Positions 1 to 12,065 of a stretch of DNA of 64,000 bases are shown in pieces. The DNA lies in assembly GCF_018350175.1 (NCBI RefSeq), contig NC_058369.1, positions 10,542,001-10,606,000 on the forward strand, read 5' to 3'. The translations under genes and the position numbers were made by a program. Position 1 is the stretch's first letter, and each line of letters starts with the position of its first letter. The stretch is from Felis catus. Taxonomy: Eukaryota. Under the pieces are notes generated by a model. The model saw only the letters and a list, made by a program, of their open reading frames with translations, had not been told where the DNA came from and did not search any database.

Positions 1-461
1 CAGATGCTTAACCGACTGAGCCATCCAGACACCCCATCTTTTGCGTGTTTGAAAAGCTTGTTATGTGTCCTGCACCTGAAAGTACTCCTATATTAAAAAG
101 TGCCCAGGGCCTGGCACTTTAGGAAGTGTTTTTGGTGAATGTTGCATGAACTCTGTTGTTGCATTTTGGCTGCTCTATCTCACTGGTTAGTCCCCCGCAG
201 AGCTCCCCCTTGCTTATAGTGGTGGAGTGTTTGGACCTTCAACCAGGTGTGCTTTGATTGATTTATTGAAGTAACCCTTGAAAAAGAAAGGAAAGGGGGG
301 GGGGTGGGGGAAGCCTGATCCCATAAAAAGAGAAACATAAAAAGAGAGAAAATACCAAACAGAGAATCAAAAACTATAAGGCTAAATCCAGAGAAAGAGA
401 AAGGAAAATAAAGAAGAAGAAAGAGAAAAGGTGGAAATGAATAGAATAAAAATGCCTGGTC

Positions 462-479
462 CACACACACACACACACA

Positions 480-528
<49 letters not shown>
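462..528. repeat. Compound (CA)n(TA)n microsatellite; (AAAAT)n at 606-650
   Basis: Read directly. Confidence 0.98.
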
Positions 529-530
<2 letters not shown>

Positions 531-1389
531 GAGAATTGACTAGAAACAAATCAGAAACTATGAGCCTGATTCTAAAAGAAAAAAACAAAAGGGAAGAAAG
601 AAAAATAATAAAATAAAATAAAATAAAATAAAATAAAATAAAATAAAACAACAAAACAAAACAAAACACAGTTGGTGCCTGGGATTGGCGGCTGTGCTGG
701 TCTGGAGGAGAGGCCGGCTGCCTTGGGTCAGTCAGTCTTGCTCCAGTAAGTAAGCAGTTGTGAGGCATGCAGGTATGGGGTTTGGTGTAAGTGAGTCCTG
801 CCTCCACTGGAGGCTGTTGTGCTGCTCCCTGAAGCCCCACTGTGTTGGTGATGGGGGGGGCGTGGAAAATGACAACACCCTCCCTGGACCAGGTGTCTCA
901 AACCACACTGTTCAGGCGGTCTTCACATAATGGCGAGGGAAGTCAGATTGCCCTGCTCCACGGTCTCCCATTCCTCCTAGGTGCTCGGGCTGGGATTCAA
1001 AACCCAATGTCTTAAAGGACCCTGCACTGTGATGACCCTGTTCTGAAGCTGATTAAAGGCCTTTGGATGGCACCAAGGTCTTTTGTCCTTGGGGAGGCAA
1101 TAAAGCTTCCCAAAATTCTCCAAGAAGGGGGCTGTTCTCTCCCAGTGTGCCCCTGAGATCGCCACACTGTACTATGTGTTCAGGGCTGGCTCCCTCCTCC
1201 CTAGGAGTGTGCAAGGCTTCCAGCTCTGTTCCAGAGAAAGTCGCACACCTTTGTACCTCCAAGTTTCAGCTCCAGAGGCTTGATCCTGTCAAGCTATCTC
1301 CCTCCAACCATGGAGATCCTTCTGCCACTCCTCAGATAAATTTCCTGGGAGTTCCAAGTGATTTGATCTCAATACAACTGTGTTTTAAA

Positions 1390-1610
1390 AAAAAAAATTT
1401 TTTTTAGTGTTTATTTATTTTTGAGAGACAGAGAGAGACAGCATGAGCGGGAGAGGGCAGAGAGAGAGAGAGGGAGACCCAGAATATGAAGCAGGTTCCA
1501 TGCTCTGAGCTGTCAGCCCAGAGCCTGACGCGGGGCTCGAACTCACAGACCATGAGATCATGACCTGAGCCGAATTTGGACGCTCAACCGACTGAGCCAC
1601 CCAGATGCCC
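1390..1610 (-). mobile_element. CanSINE (SINEC_Fc-like)
   Basis: Typical body; TSD ctcaatacaactgtgttt at 1368-1385 and 1611-1628. Confidence 0.95.
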
Positions 1611-2036
1611 CTCAATACAACTGTGTTTGAGGGACAAGAAAATCCTGGTCCCCCTACTTCTCTGTGATCTTAACCTGACCTCCTCAATTTCTTTTAATGT
1701 TAAGCAATATTCCATTGCCTGGGTGTGCCATAGTTTATTTATCCATTCACCTACTGAAGGGCATCTTGGTTGCTTCTAAGTGTTGGCAATGATCAATAAA
1801 GATGTTATAAATATGTATATACAGATTTTTTTTGTGTGGACATGTTTTAAATTCATTTGGGTATTTACCAAGGAGCAGATTGCTGGGTCATATAGTAAGA
1901 GTATGTTAAGTTTTGTACCATTTTGCATTCCTGTCAACAATGAATCAGAGGTGTTATTTTTCTACATCTTCACCAGCACTTGGTGTTGTCAGTGTTTTAA
2001 TTTCTGCCACTCCAATAGGTTTGTAGTGATGTCTCA

Positions 2037-3455
2037 TTTTTTTTTTACATTTTATTAATAATTTATTTATTTTTAAATTTACATCCAAGTTAGTTAGCAT
2101 GTAGTGCAACAATGATTTCATGAGTAGATTCATTAATGCCTCTTACTCATTTAGCTCATCCCCCTCCCACAACCCCTCCAGCAACCCTCTGTTTCTTCTC
2201 TATACTTGAGTCTCTTATGTGTTGTCCCTCTCTCTGTTTTTATATTATTTTTGCTTCCCTTTCCTTATATTCATCTGTTTTGTATCTTAAAGTCCTCATA
2301 TGAGTGAAGTCATATGATATTTGTCTTTCTCTGATTGACTAATTTTGCTCTTTGCTCTAATACCCTCTTGTTCCATCCACGTAGTTGCAAATGGCAAGAT
2401 TTCATTCTTTTTGATTGCCGAGTAATACTCCACTGTATATGTATACCACATCTTCTTTATCCTTTCATCCATTGATGGACATTTGGGCTCCTTCCATGCT
2501 TTGGCTATCGTTGATAATGCTGCTATAAACATTGGGGTGCATGTGCCCCTTCGAAACAGCACACCTTTGTCACTTGGATGAATGCCTAGTAGTGCAATTG
2601 CTGGGTCATAGGTAGTTCTATTTTTTGAGGAAGTTCTACTTTTTTGAGGAATCTCCATACTGTTTTCCAGAATGGCTGCACCGGTTTGCATTTCCACTAG
2701 CAGTGCATAAGAGATCCTCTCTCTCCACATCCTCGCCAACATCTGTTGTTGCCTGAGTTGTTAATGTTAGCCGTTCTGACAGGTGGAAGGTGGTATCTCA
2801 TTGTGGTTTTGATTTGTATTTCCCTGATGATGAGTGATGTGGAGCATTTTTTCATGTGTCAGTTGGCCATCTGGATGTCTTCTTTGGAAAAGTGTCTATT
2901 CATGTCTTTTGTCCATTTCTTCACTGGATTATTTGTTATTTGGGTGTTGAGTTTGATAAGTTCTTTATAGATTTTGGATACTAACCCTTCTCCCATTATC
3001 TACTCCCATTATCCCAAATATCTGTCCCCATTCTGTCAGTTGCCTTTTAGTTTTGTTGACTGTTTCCTTCACTGTGTAGAAGCTTTTTATTTTGATGAAG
3101 TCCCAATAGTTCATTTTTGCTTTTGTTCTTTCTTTTGGGGTGAATTCCTTCCTTTCATCATTTTGGAGGAAGAAAAGGAATAAGACAAAAAAATCACATT
3201 AAAAAATTAAAAACAACACACAAACAAATCAAATAAAGGATGCTAGATCCTAGTTGTGTGTTGGTATGGTTGTTGAAAGGAGATTGATAGATTAGAGAAA
3301 AAAGGGAAAGATAAGAAAAGAAAAAAAAGGAAAGTGTTTGAAAATTTGACAAAATGAATATAATGAAATAGAATAAAATGAAATGATGGAAGTAAAATAG
3401 AATTTAAAATTTACAAAAAAGTAAAAAACGTAGTAGAAAAATATTAAAGAAAAAC
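2037..3455 (-). mobile_element. Carnivore L1 with a large internal deletion (5'UTR end/ORF1 start joined to ORF2 3' part)
   Basis: 2037-3125 matches the L1 3' end (cf. 38120-39200); 3126-3455 matches 42070-42410. Confidence 0.85.
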
Positions 3456-3592
3456 AAGATTATAGTAGTACTCAGAAAAGATTCAACACATTGTGCACCC
3501 ATCAAAACACCAACTCTTGCAATGAATTTTTTTTAAAAACCCAACTCCTTTTAAAAACTGTAAAAACATAGGATGAACAATTTATGTAATAT

Positions 3593-3595
<3 letters not shown>

Positions 3596-3634
<39 letters not shown>

Positions 3635-3705
3635 TGAAAGAGAGAGGGAGAGAAGGAGAGAGAGAGAGAGAGAGAGAGAGAAGAAGAGAGTGGTAAAGAG
3701 AGAGG
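3596..3705. repeat. (GT)n followed by imperfect (GA)n microsatellite
   Basis: Read directly. Confidence 0.98.
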
Positions 3706-3949
3706 GAGTCACTCTCAGGAATTTCTCTTACCAGAGAGTCACGTGAAAAACTAAACACATGTCAGAAAACGACTTGGTGAACGTTCAGAGCAAAGAGGAA
3801 GTACTGACTTTATAGAAAACTATTATTCAAATACGAAAGCCTTGTGAACCTTCTTTACTGTGAACTAATAATATGGAGTGCTATCAGAGTATGTCAGGAA
3901 GGAGAAATACCTTTGAAGTCTATTAAGCAGAGCCTTGAGGGCTGAGTGG

Positions 3950-4218
3950 GCATGAGCCAGAGAACTCCATGGACTGGCTTTGTCTCCTGGTAGGCTCTCA
4001 TCAAGGAGGCCCTCATCACACGTGTCCTTCTTCCTGTGCATCGGCAACTACTCCCTTCTCTTATCTCATTAGGCCTGTGGTTGATAATGCTCACCACTGT
4101 TACCAATCTCAAAATTCTCTGTGATCTCTAGTACTTTATATACACCATGCTCAAAATTTCATAATTAATTCCCCTATTAAATTCTCCTCAAATTATCCAA
4201 AATAAACACGCCCATTTG
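3950..4218 (+). mobile_element. Probable old ERVL-class LTR 3' part (LTR40/41-like)
   Basis: ttcccctattaaattctcctcaaattatccaa...acgcccatttgt resembles a recalled ERVL LTR end; not verifiable here. Confidence 0.4.
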
Positions 4219-4900
4219 TGGGGCACCTGGGTGGCTCAGTCAGTTAAGCTCTCACTCTTGATTTTGGCTCAGCTCATAATCTCATGGTTCCATAATCTCA
4301 TAATCTCCTGGGTGGCTCAGTCAATTAAGCTCTGACTCTTGATTTTGGCTCAGCTCATAATCTCATAATCTCTTTGAGCCCTGCCTGCATCAGGCTCTGT
4401 GCTGATGGCACCGAGCCTGCTTGGGATTTTCTCTCTTTCCCTCTCTCTCTGCCCTTCCCCCTCTCAAAATAAATAAGCAAACAATGAATAAAAGGATTTT
4501 AGGGGTGCTTGGGTGGCTCAGTCGGTTAAGTGTCAGACTTCAGCTTAGGTCATGATATTACAGTTCATGGGTTTGAGCCCCGCATGGGGCTCTCTGCTCT
4601 CAGCACAGAACCCACGCCAGAATCTCAGTGTCTCTCTCTCCCTGGTGCTCTCTCTCTCAAAAATAAGTAAACGTTTATTATTATATATTTTTTTAAAACA
4701 TTTTTTGAGAGTGGGGAGGGGTCAGAGAGAGAGAGAGATACAGAATCCGAAGTAGGCTCCAGGCTCTGAGCTGTCAGCACAGAGCCTGACGTGGGGCTCG
4801 AACTCACAGACTGTGAGATTCTGGCCTGAGCCGAAGTCGGACACTTAACTGACTGAGCCACTCAGTCGCCCCAAAAAATAAACATTAAAAAAAAGCTTTT
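4219..4900. mobile_element. Cluster of three nested or adjacent CanSINEs (+ 4219-4490; + 4502-4670/4873-4895; - 4680-4872)
   Basis: ggggcacctgggtggctcag heads, (CT)n and A tails; outer direct repeat aaacac(g/a)cccatttgtgg at 4204 and 4901. Confidence 0.9.
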
Positions 4901-4910
4901 AAACACACCC

Positions 4911-5320
4911 ATTTGTGGTTTATATATACAATGGAATCCTCCTTGGCAATGAGAAAGAATGAAATCTGGCCATTTGCAGCAACGTGGATGGAACCGGAGG
5001 GTGTTATGCTGAGTGAAATAAGTGAGGCAGAGAAAGACAGATACCATATGTTTTCACTCATATGTGGATCTTGAGAAACTTAACAGAAGACCATGGGGGA
5101 GGGGAAGGGGACAAAGAGTTACAGAGAGGGAGGGAGGCAAACCATAAGAGACTCTTAAGGACTGAGAACAAACTAAGGGTAGATGGGGGGGGGGTGAGGG
5201 AGTGGGGAAAGTGAGTGATGGGCAGGGAGGAGGGCACTTGTTGGGATGAGCATGGGGTGTTGTATGGAAACCAGTTCGATGATAAATTATATTAAAAAAA
5301 CCAACCAACCAAACAAAAAA
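4911..5320 (+). mobile_element. Short felid L1 3' end
   Basis: Matches 10958-11345 (ttgtggtttatata...G-rich 3'UTR...A tail). Confidence 0.9.
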
Positions 5321-5519
5321 GAATAAATTATGATGACATGTTAAAAAAATCCTTATTGATATGGGGGAAAGACAACGAGCGTTTGGAAAAATGAAAATGG
5401 TGATTTTGAGTATGTACGACACAACTATCTGAAGAGGTTCAGTCTCTGTCTACATAAATGGGAAGAGAGATTGGGGCAATGATATACATGGGGATGTATC
5501 AGAATATAGGCAATTGGGA

Positions 5520-5944
5520 GGCAGCAGAGCCGGGGGTTCATGATGACTGTAACGGAGAGGATGATAGATGGCCACAAACTGGTCATACGCCATTACAGTC
5601 AGAAAAAAGTTGTCCAGCTCTCCAAAAGGCAAGAAAGAATATATTGGGATGATGCAGTCTGCATAAGTAATGACATCGTTCTGTGTCTGGATGTTGAGCA
5701 GCATCTTTGGGACAGTGGTGAAGGGGAAGCAAATGTCTGTTGAGGGCAAGTTGGCAAGGAAGAAGCACATCGGAGTGTAGAGGTGAGAGTCTGAGGTGAT
5801 GGTCAAGATGATGAGCAGGTTCCCAAAGACAGTGACCAGGCACATTGATAGGAACAGTCTGAAGAGCAGAGGCTGCAGCTCTGCCTCTTCTGAAAATCCA
5901 AGGAGGATAAATTCTGAGACTCGTGTTCGGTTTCCTGGTTCCAT
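5520..5944 (-). pseudogene. 3'-truncated OR7-family (OR7A-like) pseudogene, N-terminus to just after TM3
   Basis: [16 protein letters not shown]...GNLLII...[12 protein letters not shown]...[15 protein letters not shown], then a 2-nt deletion near 5549 (TAC AGTC vs TAC ACA GTC). Homology is lost after about 5520. Acceptor-like cccccttcctggcag ends at 5958 (-). Confidence 0.92.
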
Positions 5945-6087
5945 GTAGCTGGTATGACTGCCAGGAAGGGGGGTGGGGGGAACAATTATTTAGCGAAACA
6001 GGCAGTTATCAACAACTTAAGACACCATAGTTTGTATGTGACACCCGATTAATTCATTAATTCCCATATTTTATCTATGGATCTGCT

Positions 6088-6301
6088 GTTTTTTTTAACC
6101 TTTATTTATTGTTGAGAGAGACAGAGAGAGTGTGAGCAGGCAAGGGGCAGTGAGAGAAGGAGACACAGAATCTGAAACGGGCTCCAGGCTCTGAGCTGTC
6201 AGCACAGCCTGATGTGGGGCTTGAACCCATGAACTGTGAGATCATGACCTGAGCTGATCAGCTTACTCAACTGAGTACTCAGTTGAGACATCCAAGCACC
6301 T
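6088..6301 (-). mobile_element. CanSINE
   Basis: T tail, (GA)n, ggctccaggctctgagctgtcagcac body. Confidence 0.9.
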
Positions 6302-6559
6302 CTTGGTCTATTGTTATTTAGTCTGATTATCAAAAGGACCCCCCATGTGCCCCATCTTTTCTTCTGTGCTTTGGCCAACAAATATTTTTAAGTATTTATT
6401 ATGTACCAAGCATTATTAATGGCAGTGAAAAATCCATGCCTGAAGTGTCAGGAAAACAAATTTTTGCCTTCAAAGAAGTTATATGTAAGGGTGTTTGCTG
6501 GGGGTGGGAAAGAGAGTATCAGTAAGTCAGTGGTGGTGAACATTTTCAGGTGAAATGAT

Positions 6560-6920
6560 ACTAGCCAAGGAGATTAGAGAAAAGAAGACAAAAATTGACA
6601 ATACTTTAGCTAGGCGAAGAGAACAAGAGATGGCTCAAAATTAATAAAAGTATAATTTAAAGAGGAGACATTACAATTGATAGCACGTACACACAAAGGA
6701 TCATAAGAGAATACTGCGAACGGTTATATGCCAACAAATTAGATAATTCAGAATATATGGATAAATTTCTAGAAACACATCTTACCAATAATGAGTGACG
6801 AGTCAATAAGAAACCTGTAACAGACCAGTAATAAGCAAGGAGAGTGAATCTGATAGTAAAAAAATCTCCCGACAGGGAAAAAGCCTAGGACCAGATGGCT
6901 TTACAAGTGAATTCTACACT
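6560..6920 (+). mobile_element. Old L1M ORF2 fragment
   Basis: gccaacaaattagataat...atggataaatttctagaaaca...ggaccagatggctttacaagtgaattctac. Confidence 0.75.
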
Positions 6921-7399
6921 AAATGGAACACTTTGAAAGAGTGGATTTTATGGTATATGGATGATATCTTAATAATTTTAAAAGTACACGGAATATTTAA
7001 TAAGATAGTGCTTAAGTTAACTCCTTATACTCTATGTGGTCAATTTCTTTTTGAAACCTTACATATCATGTCTTTAATAAAATATTGTGTCAATGCAAGC
7101 ACTTCCCCCCCCCCCCCCCACCAAACAAACACAGGATAAGTTACTGATACAAATTAACTAGAGATGCATCAACACATAAACATCTTTCTCCCAAACCACG
7201 GAATGTCAAAGTCTGTACCCAGCAGGGTTTCCCAAGTCAGGAAGACTGCTGGCAGAATATTAAACTAAAGCCAATATGAGTAAGTTGGTAAAAGTGTAAA
7301 ACCTCAGACCTGTGTATAGTTTAGTCTTAAGAATCTCAGAGAATGCGTGCACCCTTGGTCAGGTCACCGAACTGTGAGGTCCCTGAGCTCTTGTAGACC

Positions 7400-7560
7400 T
7401 GCTGTCAGGCACTTTTCAGGTATCACTTAATTAAATCCTCTAGCAGCCTTGGACTACATGGGGTTGTCTCCATCGGAAGACGGTGAAACAGGCGTGGCAC
7501 AATTTAAGGTCACACAGCTGGTAAGTAGCAGAGGCTGCACCCAACCTCAGGATGGATACT
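7400..7560 (-). mobile_element. MIR fragment (other MIR-like pieces at about 8420-8490 + and 17985-18075 -)
   Basis: aaggtcacacagctggtaagtagcagag core. Confidence 0.65.
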
Positions 7561-7909
7561 TGGGAAACCTGCCCTCTTTCTACTTCATCTCTCTTGAGGG
7601 CATGGCTGTCTCTTGATGCTTCACAACATTGGTTTCAGCTCTGCCCCTTGGGTCCCACGGAATGCACCTCTTTCGCAGTCCAACTCAGCTGACGTTGTGA
7701 GGCCAGAGGGAGACATGTTTGGGCCCTTAAACCCCAAAATGCTGAAAAATTTTGGAGCGCCCCACCCTTGGATTCATTCTGGTTTGTTGATGTCTAATAA
7801 GATACCAATATAATCAGTCACCCCTCCACGTACTTGCCAGGACTTCTGCCCTTGGAAGATGAAGACATACATCGCCTTCCCCAGCTCTCTCTGGAACTCA
7901 TTAGCAACA

Positions 7910-8367
7910 CATTGGCTTCCTAGGACTGCCATAACAAATTACTGCAAACCGGGTAGCCTAAAGCAACAGAAATTTCTTCTGTCACAGTTATAGATGCCAG
8001 AAGTCTGAAATCAAGGTGTCATTAACATTGGTTCTTTCTGGAGGTTCTGGGGATGGATTTGTTTCTTGCCTGTATCTTAGCTTTTGGTACCCATTGGCAA
8101 CCTTGGCATTCCCTGATTTGTAGATCCATCACTCTGATATCGTCACATAAATACCCCCTTTCTCATCTCTGTGTCTCAAATCTCTTTCTTCCTTGCTCTC
8201 ATAAAGACACTTACTGGATATAGAGCCCACTCTAAATTCAGAGTGATCTCATTTCTATATCCTTAATTACATCTGCAAAGACCTTTATTTCAAATCAGGT
8301 CACATTCATAGGGACAGGGCTTAGGACCTGGGTATGGCTCTTGGGGGCATACTTGATCCACTACAAA
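7910..8367 (-). mobile_element. MaLR solo LTR (MLT1C/D-like)
   Basis: cctaggactgccataacaaattac...gccagaagtctgaaatcaaggtgtc...ttaattacatctgcaaagacctttatttcaaatcaggtcacattc is characteristic MLT1 text. Confidence 0.85.
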
Positions 8368-8894
8368 GAACTTTGTGTCCCGGGTCCCAGGGAGGTATCT
8401 GAGAGCCTGGTGTCTTGATCCCTGGCTCTGGGACCTCAGGCAAGTCCCTTGGTCTTTCTGAACCTGTTTCCACTTCTGTAAAATGGCCATGTGGGTATTT
8501 ACTGGGAACAAAGGAGGTAGAATGGAAACCATAGCTGCCACATAGGCTAGCAGAATGACATGATGGCCAGCAGCAGCATTCTTTTACTGGGCAACCAGAT
8601 TCAGAGGCTTAGACCTCTTTACTCAGATAGGAGGAGAATGCCAATAGGGGTTGCTGCAGGATTCATTGGACCCTAACCACACCGTCTGGGGTCAGCAGTG
8701 CCCTGTAGTACCCACATCAACAAGGGATCCATGCCTGGCATTTAAAAGGGATTAAGAAGGTGTAGGTAGCTGTTGTATGTGTGAGGGGAGTGGGAAGGAC
8801 ACAGCACTTCTCAGTCCTTGATTTAAGGTGCACAAATCTCCTGGGAATCTTGTTAAACATAGATTCTGATTTCGTTAAAAAAATTACTATTTGT

Positions 8895-9105
8895 GGGGCG
8901 CCTGGATGGCTCAGTCGGTTAAGCATCTGACTCTTGATTTCTGCTCAGGTCATGATCTTACGGCTTCGTGGGTTCAAGCCCTGCATCAGGCTCTGCGCTG
9001 ACAGTGCAGAGTCTGCTTGGGATTCTTTCTCTCTCCCTCTGTCTCTCTGCCCCTCCCCGACTCATGCTGTCTCTGTTTCTCTCAAAATAAATAAATTTTA
9101 AAAAA
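8895..9105 (+). mobile_element. CanSINE
   Basis: ggggcgcctggatggctcag head; TSD actatttgt. Confidence 0.93.
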
Positions 9106-9199
9106 TACACAACTATTTGTAATTTCTTAAGAACAACTTACAGTTTAACCAATGCTTGCATTTACCCCTCTGAAGATTTTTTTTGCTGCTATACATTTA

Positions 9200-9470
9200 C
9201 CCTCTTCTCCACATGGAGGAACTCTACTCTTCCTTCAAGGCTCAGTATAATTATGAACTCTGTGAAGGCTTCGTTACCTTCAGTAGTGGACTTTTGGATA
9301 CACTGTCCCAGGATTACAGTGCCCTGTCAGGAGGTTTCATTTAGTTCTACATACCTTACTCTGTTTAAACTTTAAGCTCTTGAGACAATACCTTATGCTT
9401 TCTTTCAACCCCAGACCACAGTTTAATGCCTACCGTGCAGTAGTTACTGAATAGATATTCGCTGAAAAGC
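9200..9470 (+). mobile_element. L2 3'-end remnant
   Basis: actctactcttccttcaaggctcag...taagctcttgag...tgcctaccgtgcagtagttactgaatagatattcgctgaa. Confidence 0.55.
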
Positions 9471-9689
9471 TAAAAGGACAAATGGCAGAATGAGGCTAGA
9501 CAGATATTTCCATCAATGTGGGAGAATGGAGAAGCAGTGAAACAAGATGGAATATTGTTGAGGGAAGGAGGGCCCATGATTGAGAACCAATACCAGAGAA
9601 GACAGATTCAAGAAAAAAGTTTATTTAAGTTTATTCCATTATTTCCTTCTAGAATCAAGGAAGGTAACTTGTCAGGATAGTATATTAAA

Positions 9690-10210
9690 CTTTTCTTGAC
9701 TTGTTATCCCTGTTGGTGACCCTAAAATGATTAATATTTAAAAGGCCATACCACATCTCCCAGCACCTGTGAAGATGGGGTTCACCTGGAAATGGTCAGA
9801 AAGGAGTCTTTATGTCAGTGATCCCAGTTTCTTCCTTGGATGATAGATGAAGTTAGAATCTCTGTCCCCAGGAAGGGCAGGGAGATGGACCCACTCATGA
9901 GGCTTCTGGAAGAGGCATTTGTATTTCTTAATGACCCGAGTTTGGTTACATAGTCTCATGTAGATGTAGGGAAAGAGATTACATTTTCAGTGTTTAGCTT
10001 CAAGAGCTGAACTCCCACAGAGCCTTGTTAAATAAAATGTTTTAGTGCCTCTATAAATCCCAAGAGATTTGGTTCTGCAGAGGTTAACAAAGCCAAAAAA
10101 AAAAAAACCCCATGTAAACAGTCTTGCCAATTTTGCCCACTGGGAAGCAGCTACAAGTCTCTATTTTTTCTATCTCATGGGACCCCCCCTTTTTTTTCCC
10201 CTGGAGAAGA
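9690..10210 (-). promoter_or_regulatory. Inverted copy of the promoter/first-exon module, upstream of the minus-strand pseudogene
   Basis: Reverse complement of 9980-10085 aligns with 16225-16335. Donor AG|GTGAAC at 9785 (-); CCAACAGGGATAA at 9716-9704. Further O/E-like sites: TCCCAAGAGA (about 10058), TCTCATGGGA (10173), TCCCTGGAGA (about 10197). Confidence 0.5.
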
Positions 10211-10220
10211 GTTTGTCTCC

Positions 10221-10315
10221 TTTTCTTTTCTTTTCTTTTCTTTTCTTTTCTTTTCTTTTCTTTTCTTTTCTTTTCTTTTCCTTTCTTTTCCTTTCTTTCT
10301 TTTCTTTCTTTCTTT
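10221..10315. repeat. (TTTTC)n/(TTTC)n microsatellite
   Basis: Read directly. Confidence 0.98.
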
Positions 10316-10553
10316 GATCTCTAGAGGGCAGAGTATCTCTGATCGACTGCCCTATCCATCTGTTGGGTGCATTCCTTCTCCAAAGAGCTAGAGAATACGA
10401 TTGAACACTTTTAGCTGAAGCCTCAGGATATTGCACAAATGCTCCCAAGCACATACAAAAAAGCCACCAACACAGGCATGTTAGTATATGTATGCATCGT
10501 GACTTCCATTCCAATTAATTGACAGTGGGCCCAGTGAAAGGGAAAGCCATCCC

Positions 10554-11358
10554 CAACAGGCACATGAAAAGATGTTCAGCGTCGCTCCTTATCAGGGAAA
10601 TACAAATCAAAACCACACTCAGGTATCACCTCACGCCAGTCAGAGTGGCCAAAATGAACAAATCAGGAGACTATAGATGCTGGAGAGGATGTGGAGAAAC
10701 GGGAACCCTCTTGCACTGTTGGTGGGAATGCAAATTGGTGCAGCCGTTCTGGAAAGCAGTGTGGAGGTTCCTCAGAAAATTAAAAATAGACCTACCCTAT
10801 GACCCAGCAATAGCACTGCTAGGAATTTACCCAAGGGATACAGGAGTACTGATGCATAGGGCCACTTGTACCCCAATGTTCATAGCAGCACTCTCAACAA
10901 TAGCCAAACTATGGAAAGAGCCTAAATGTCCATCAACTGATGAATGGATAAAGAAATTGTGGTTTATATACACAATGGAATATTACGTGGCAATGAGAAA
11001 GAATGAAATATGGCCTTTTGTGGCAACGTGGATGGAACTGGAGAGTGTGATGCTAAGTGAAATAAGCCATACAGAGAAAGACAGATACCATATTTTTTCA
11101 CTCTTATGTGGATCCTGAGAAACTTAACAGGAACCCATGGGGGAGGGGAAGGGAAAAAAAAAAACAGGTTAGAGTGGGAGAGAGCCAAAGCATAAGAGAC
11201 TGTTAAAAACTGAGAACAAACTGAGGGTTGATGGGGGGTGGGAGGGAGGAGAGGGTGGGTGATGGGTATTGAGGAGGGCACCTTTTGGGATGAGCACTGG
11301 GTGTTGTATGCAAACCAATTTGTCAATAAATTTCATATATAAAAAAAAAAAAAAAAAA
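10554..11358 (+). mobile_element. Young 5'-truncated felid L1 with perfect TSD
   Basis: Open ORF2 C-terminus ([19 protein letters not shown]); pure A tail; TSD gaaagggaaagccatccc at 10536-10553 and 11359-11376. Confidence 0.97.
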
Positions 11359-11854
11359 GAAAGGGAAAGCCATCCCGTAAGAGGCAATAGGAAAAAAGGC
11401 TTATAAGGATGGCCTCATGTACCTCATAGACATAGTCTCTAGAAGTGTCTACACAACTTAGGGTCATTGCTAATGCAGAGACAGCTCATCACATTTTCAG
11501 CATCAGTAAATGCATGCAACCTACCATGGACTGGTTTGCATTCATGCTCAGAGATTATTACATGATATCATAAATATGTATTTCATATGATATACAGTAT
11601 TAAGGAAATTGCATTTTTATTTATAAAGACAAATTACCAATGCCATGAATAAAAGATGGTACAGTATCTTCAACCTTTAGACACTAAAAAGATAATAAGA
11701 GAATATTATGGACAAACATATGCATATAAATTCAACATGATGCATAAAATGAACTGATATGTTGCAAGAAACAAATTACCAAATCTTTCCCATGAAGAAA
11801 TAGATAATACAAATAATAATATATAAAGGCCTAATGTCTATCTAGTTAAAAACT

Positions 11855-12065
11855 TTCTTTTTTAAAAAATGTTTATTTATTTTTGAGGGAGAGAGAGAGC
11901 GCGCAGGGGAGGGGCAGAGAGAGAGAGAGGGAGACATAGAATCTGAAGCAGGCTCCAGGCTCGGAGTTGTCAGCACAGAGCCCGACATGGGGCTCAAACT
12001 CAGGAACTGTGAGGTCATGACCTGAGTCAGAGTGGGATGCTTAACTGACTGAGACATCCAGTGTC
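11855..12065 (-). mobile_element. CanSINE inside an old L1 ORF2 fragment (about 11660-12100)
   Basis: Typical body and tail. Confidence 0.9.

Larger units (their letters stand above)
180..1685 (-). mobile_element. Older carnivore L1 5'UTR fragment with microsatellites, interrupted by a SINE
   Basis: Organisation parallels the L1 5' region at 42100-43775 (A-rich tract, GC-richer segment, degenerate 5' terminus at 1645-1685). Confidence 0.55.

Noticed and set aside
180..840. 100-152 aa hydrophobic ORFs (also 10069-10514)
   Set aside because: Translations of microsatellites and A/T-rich tracts.
1415..1615. Recurrent short ORFs of the type WVAQSVKRPTSAQVMIS or GQRETEHE
   Set aside because: All are CanSINE translations.
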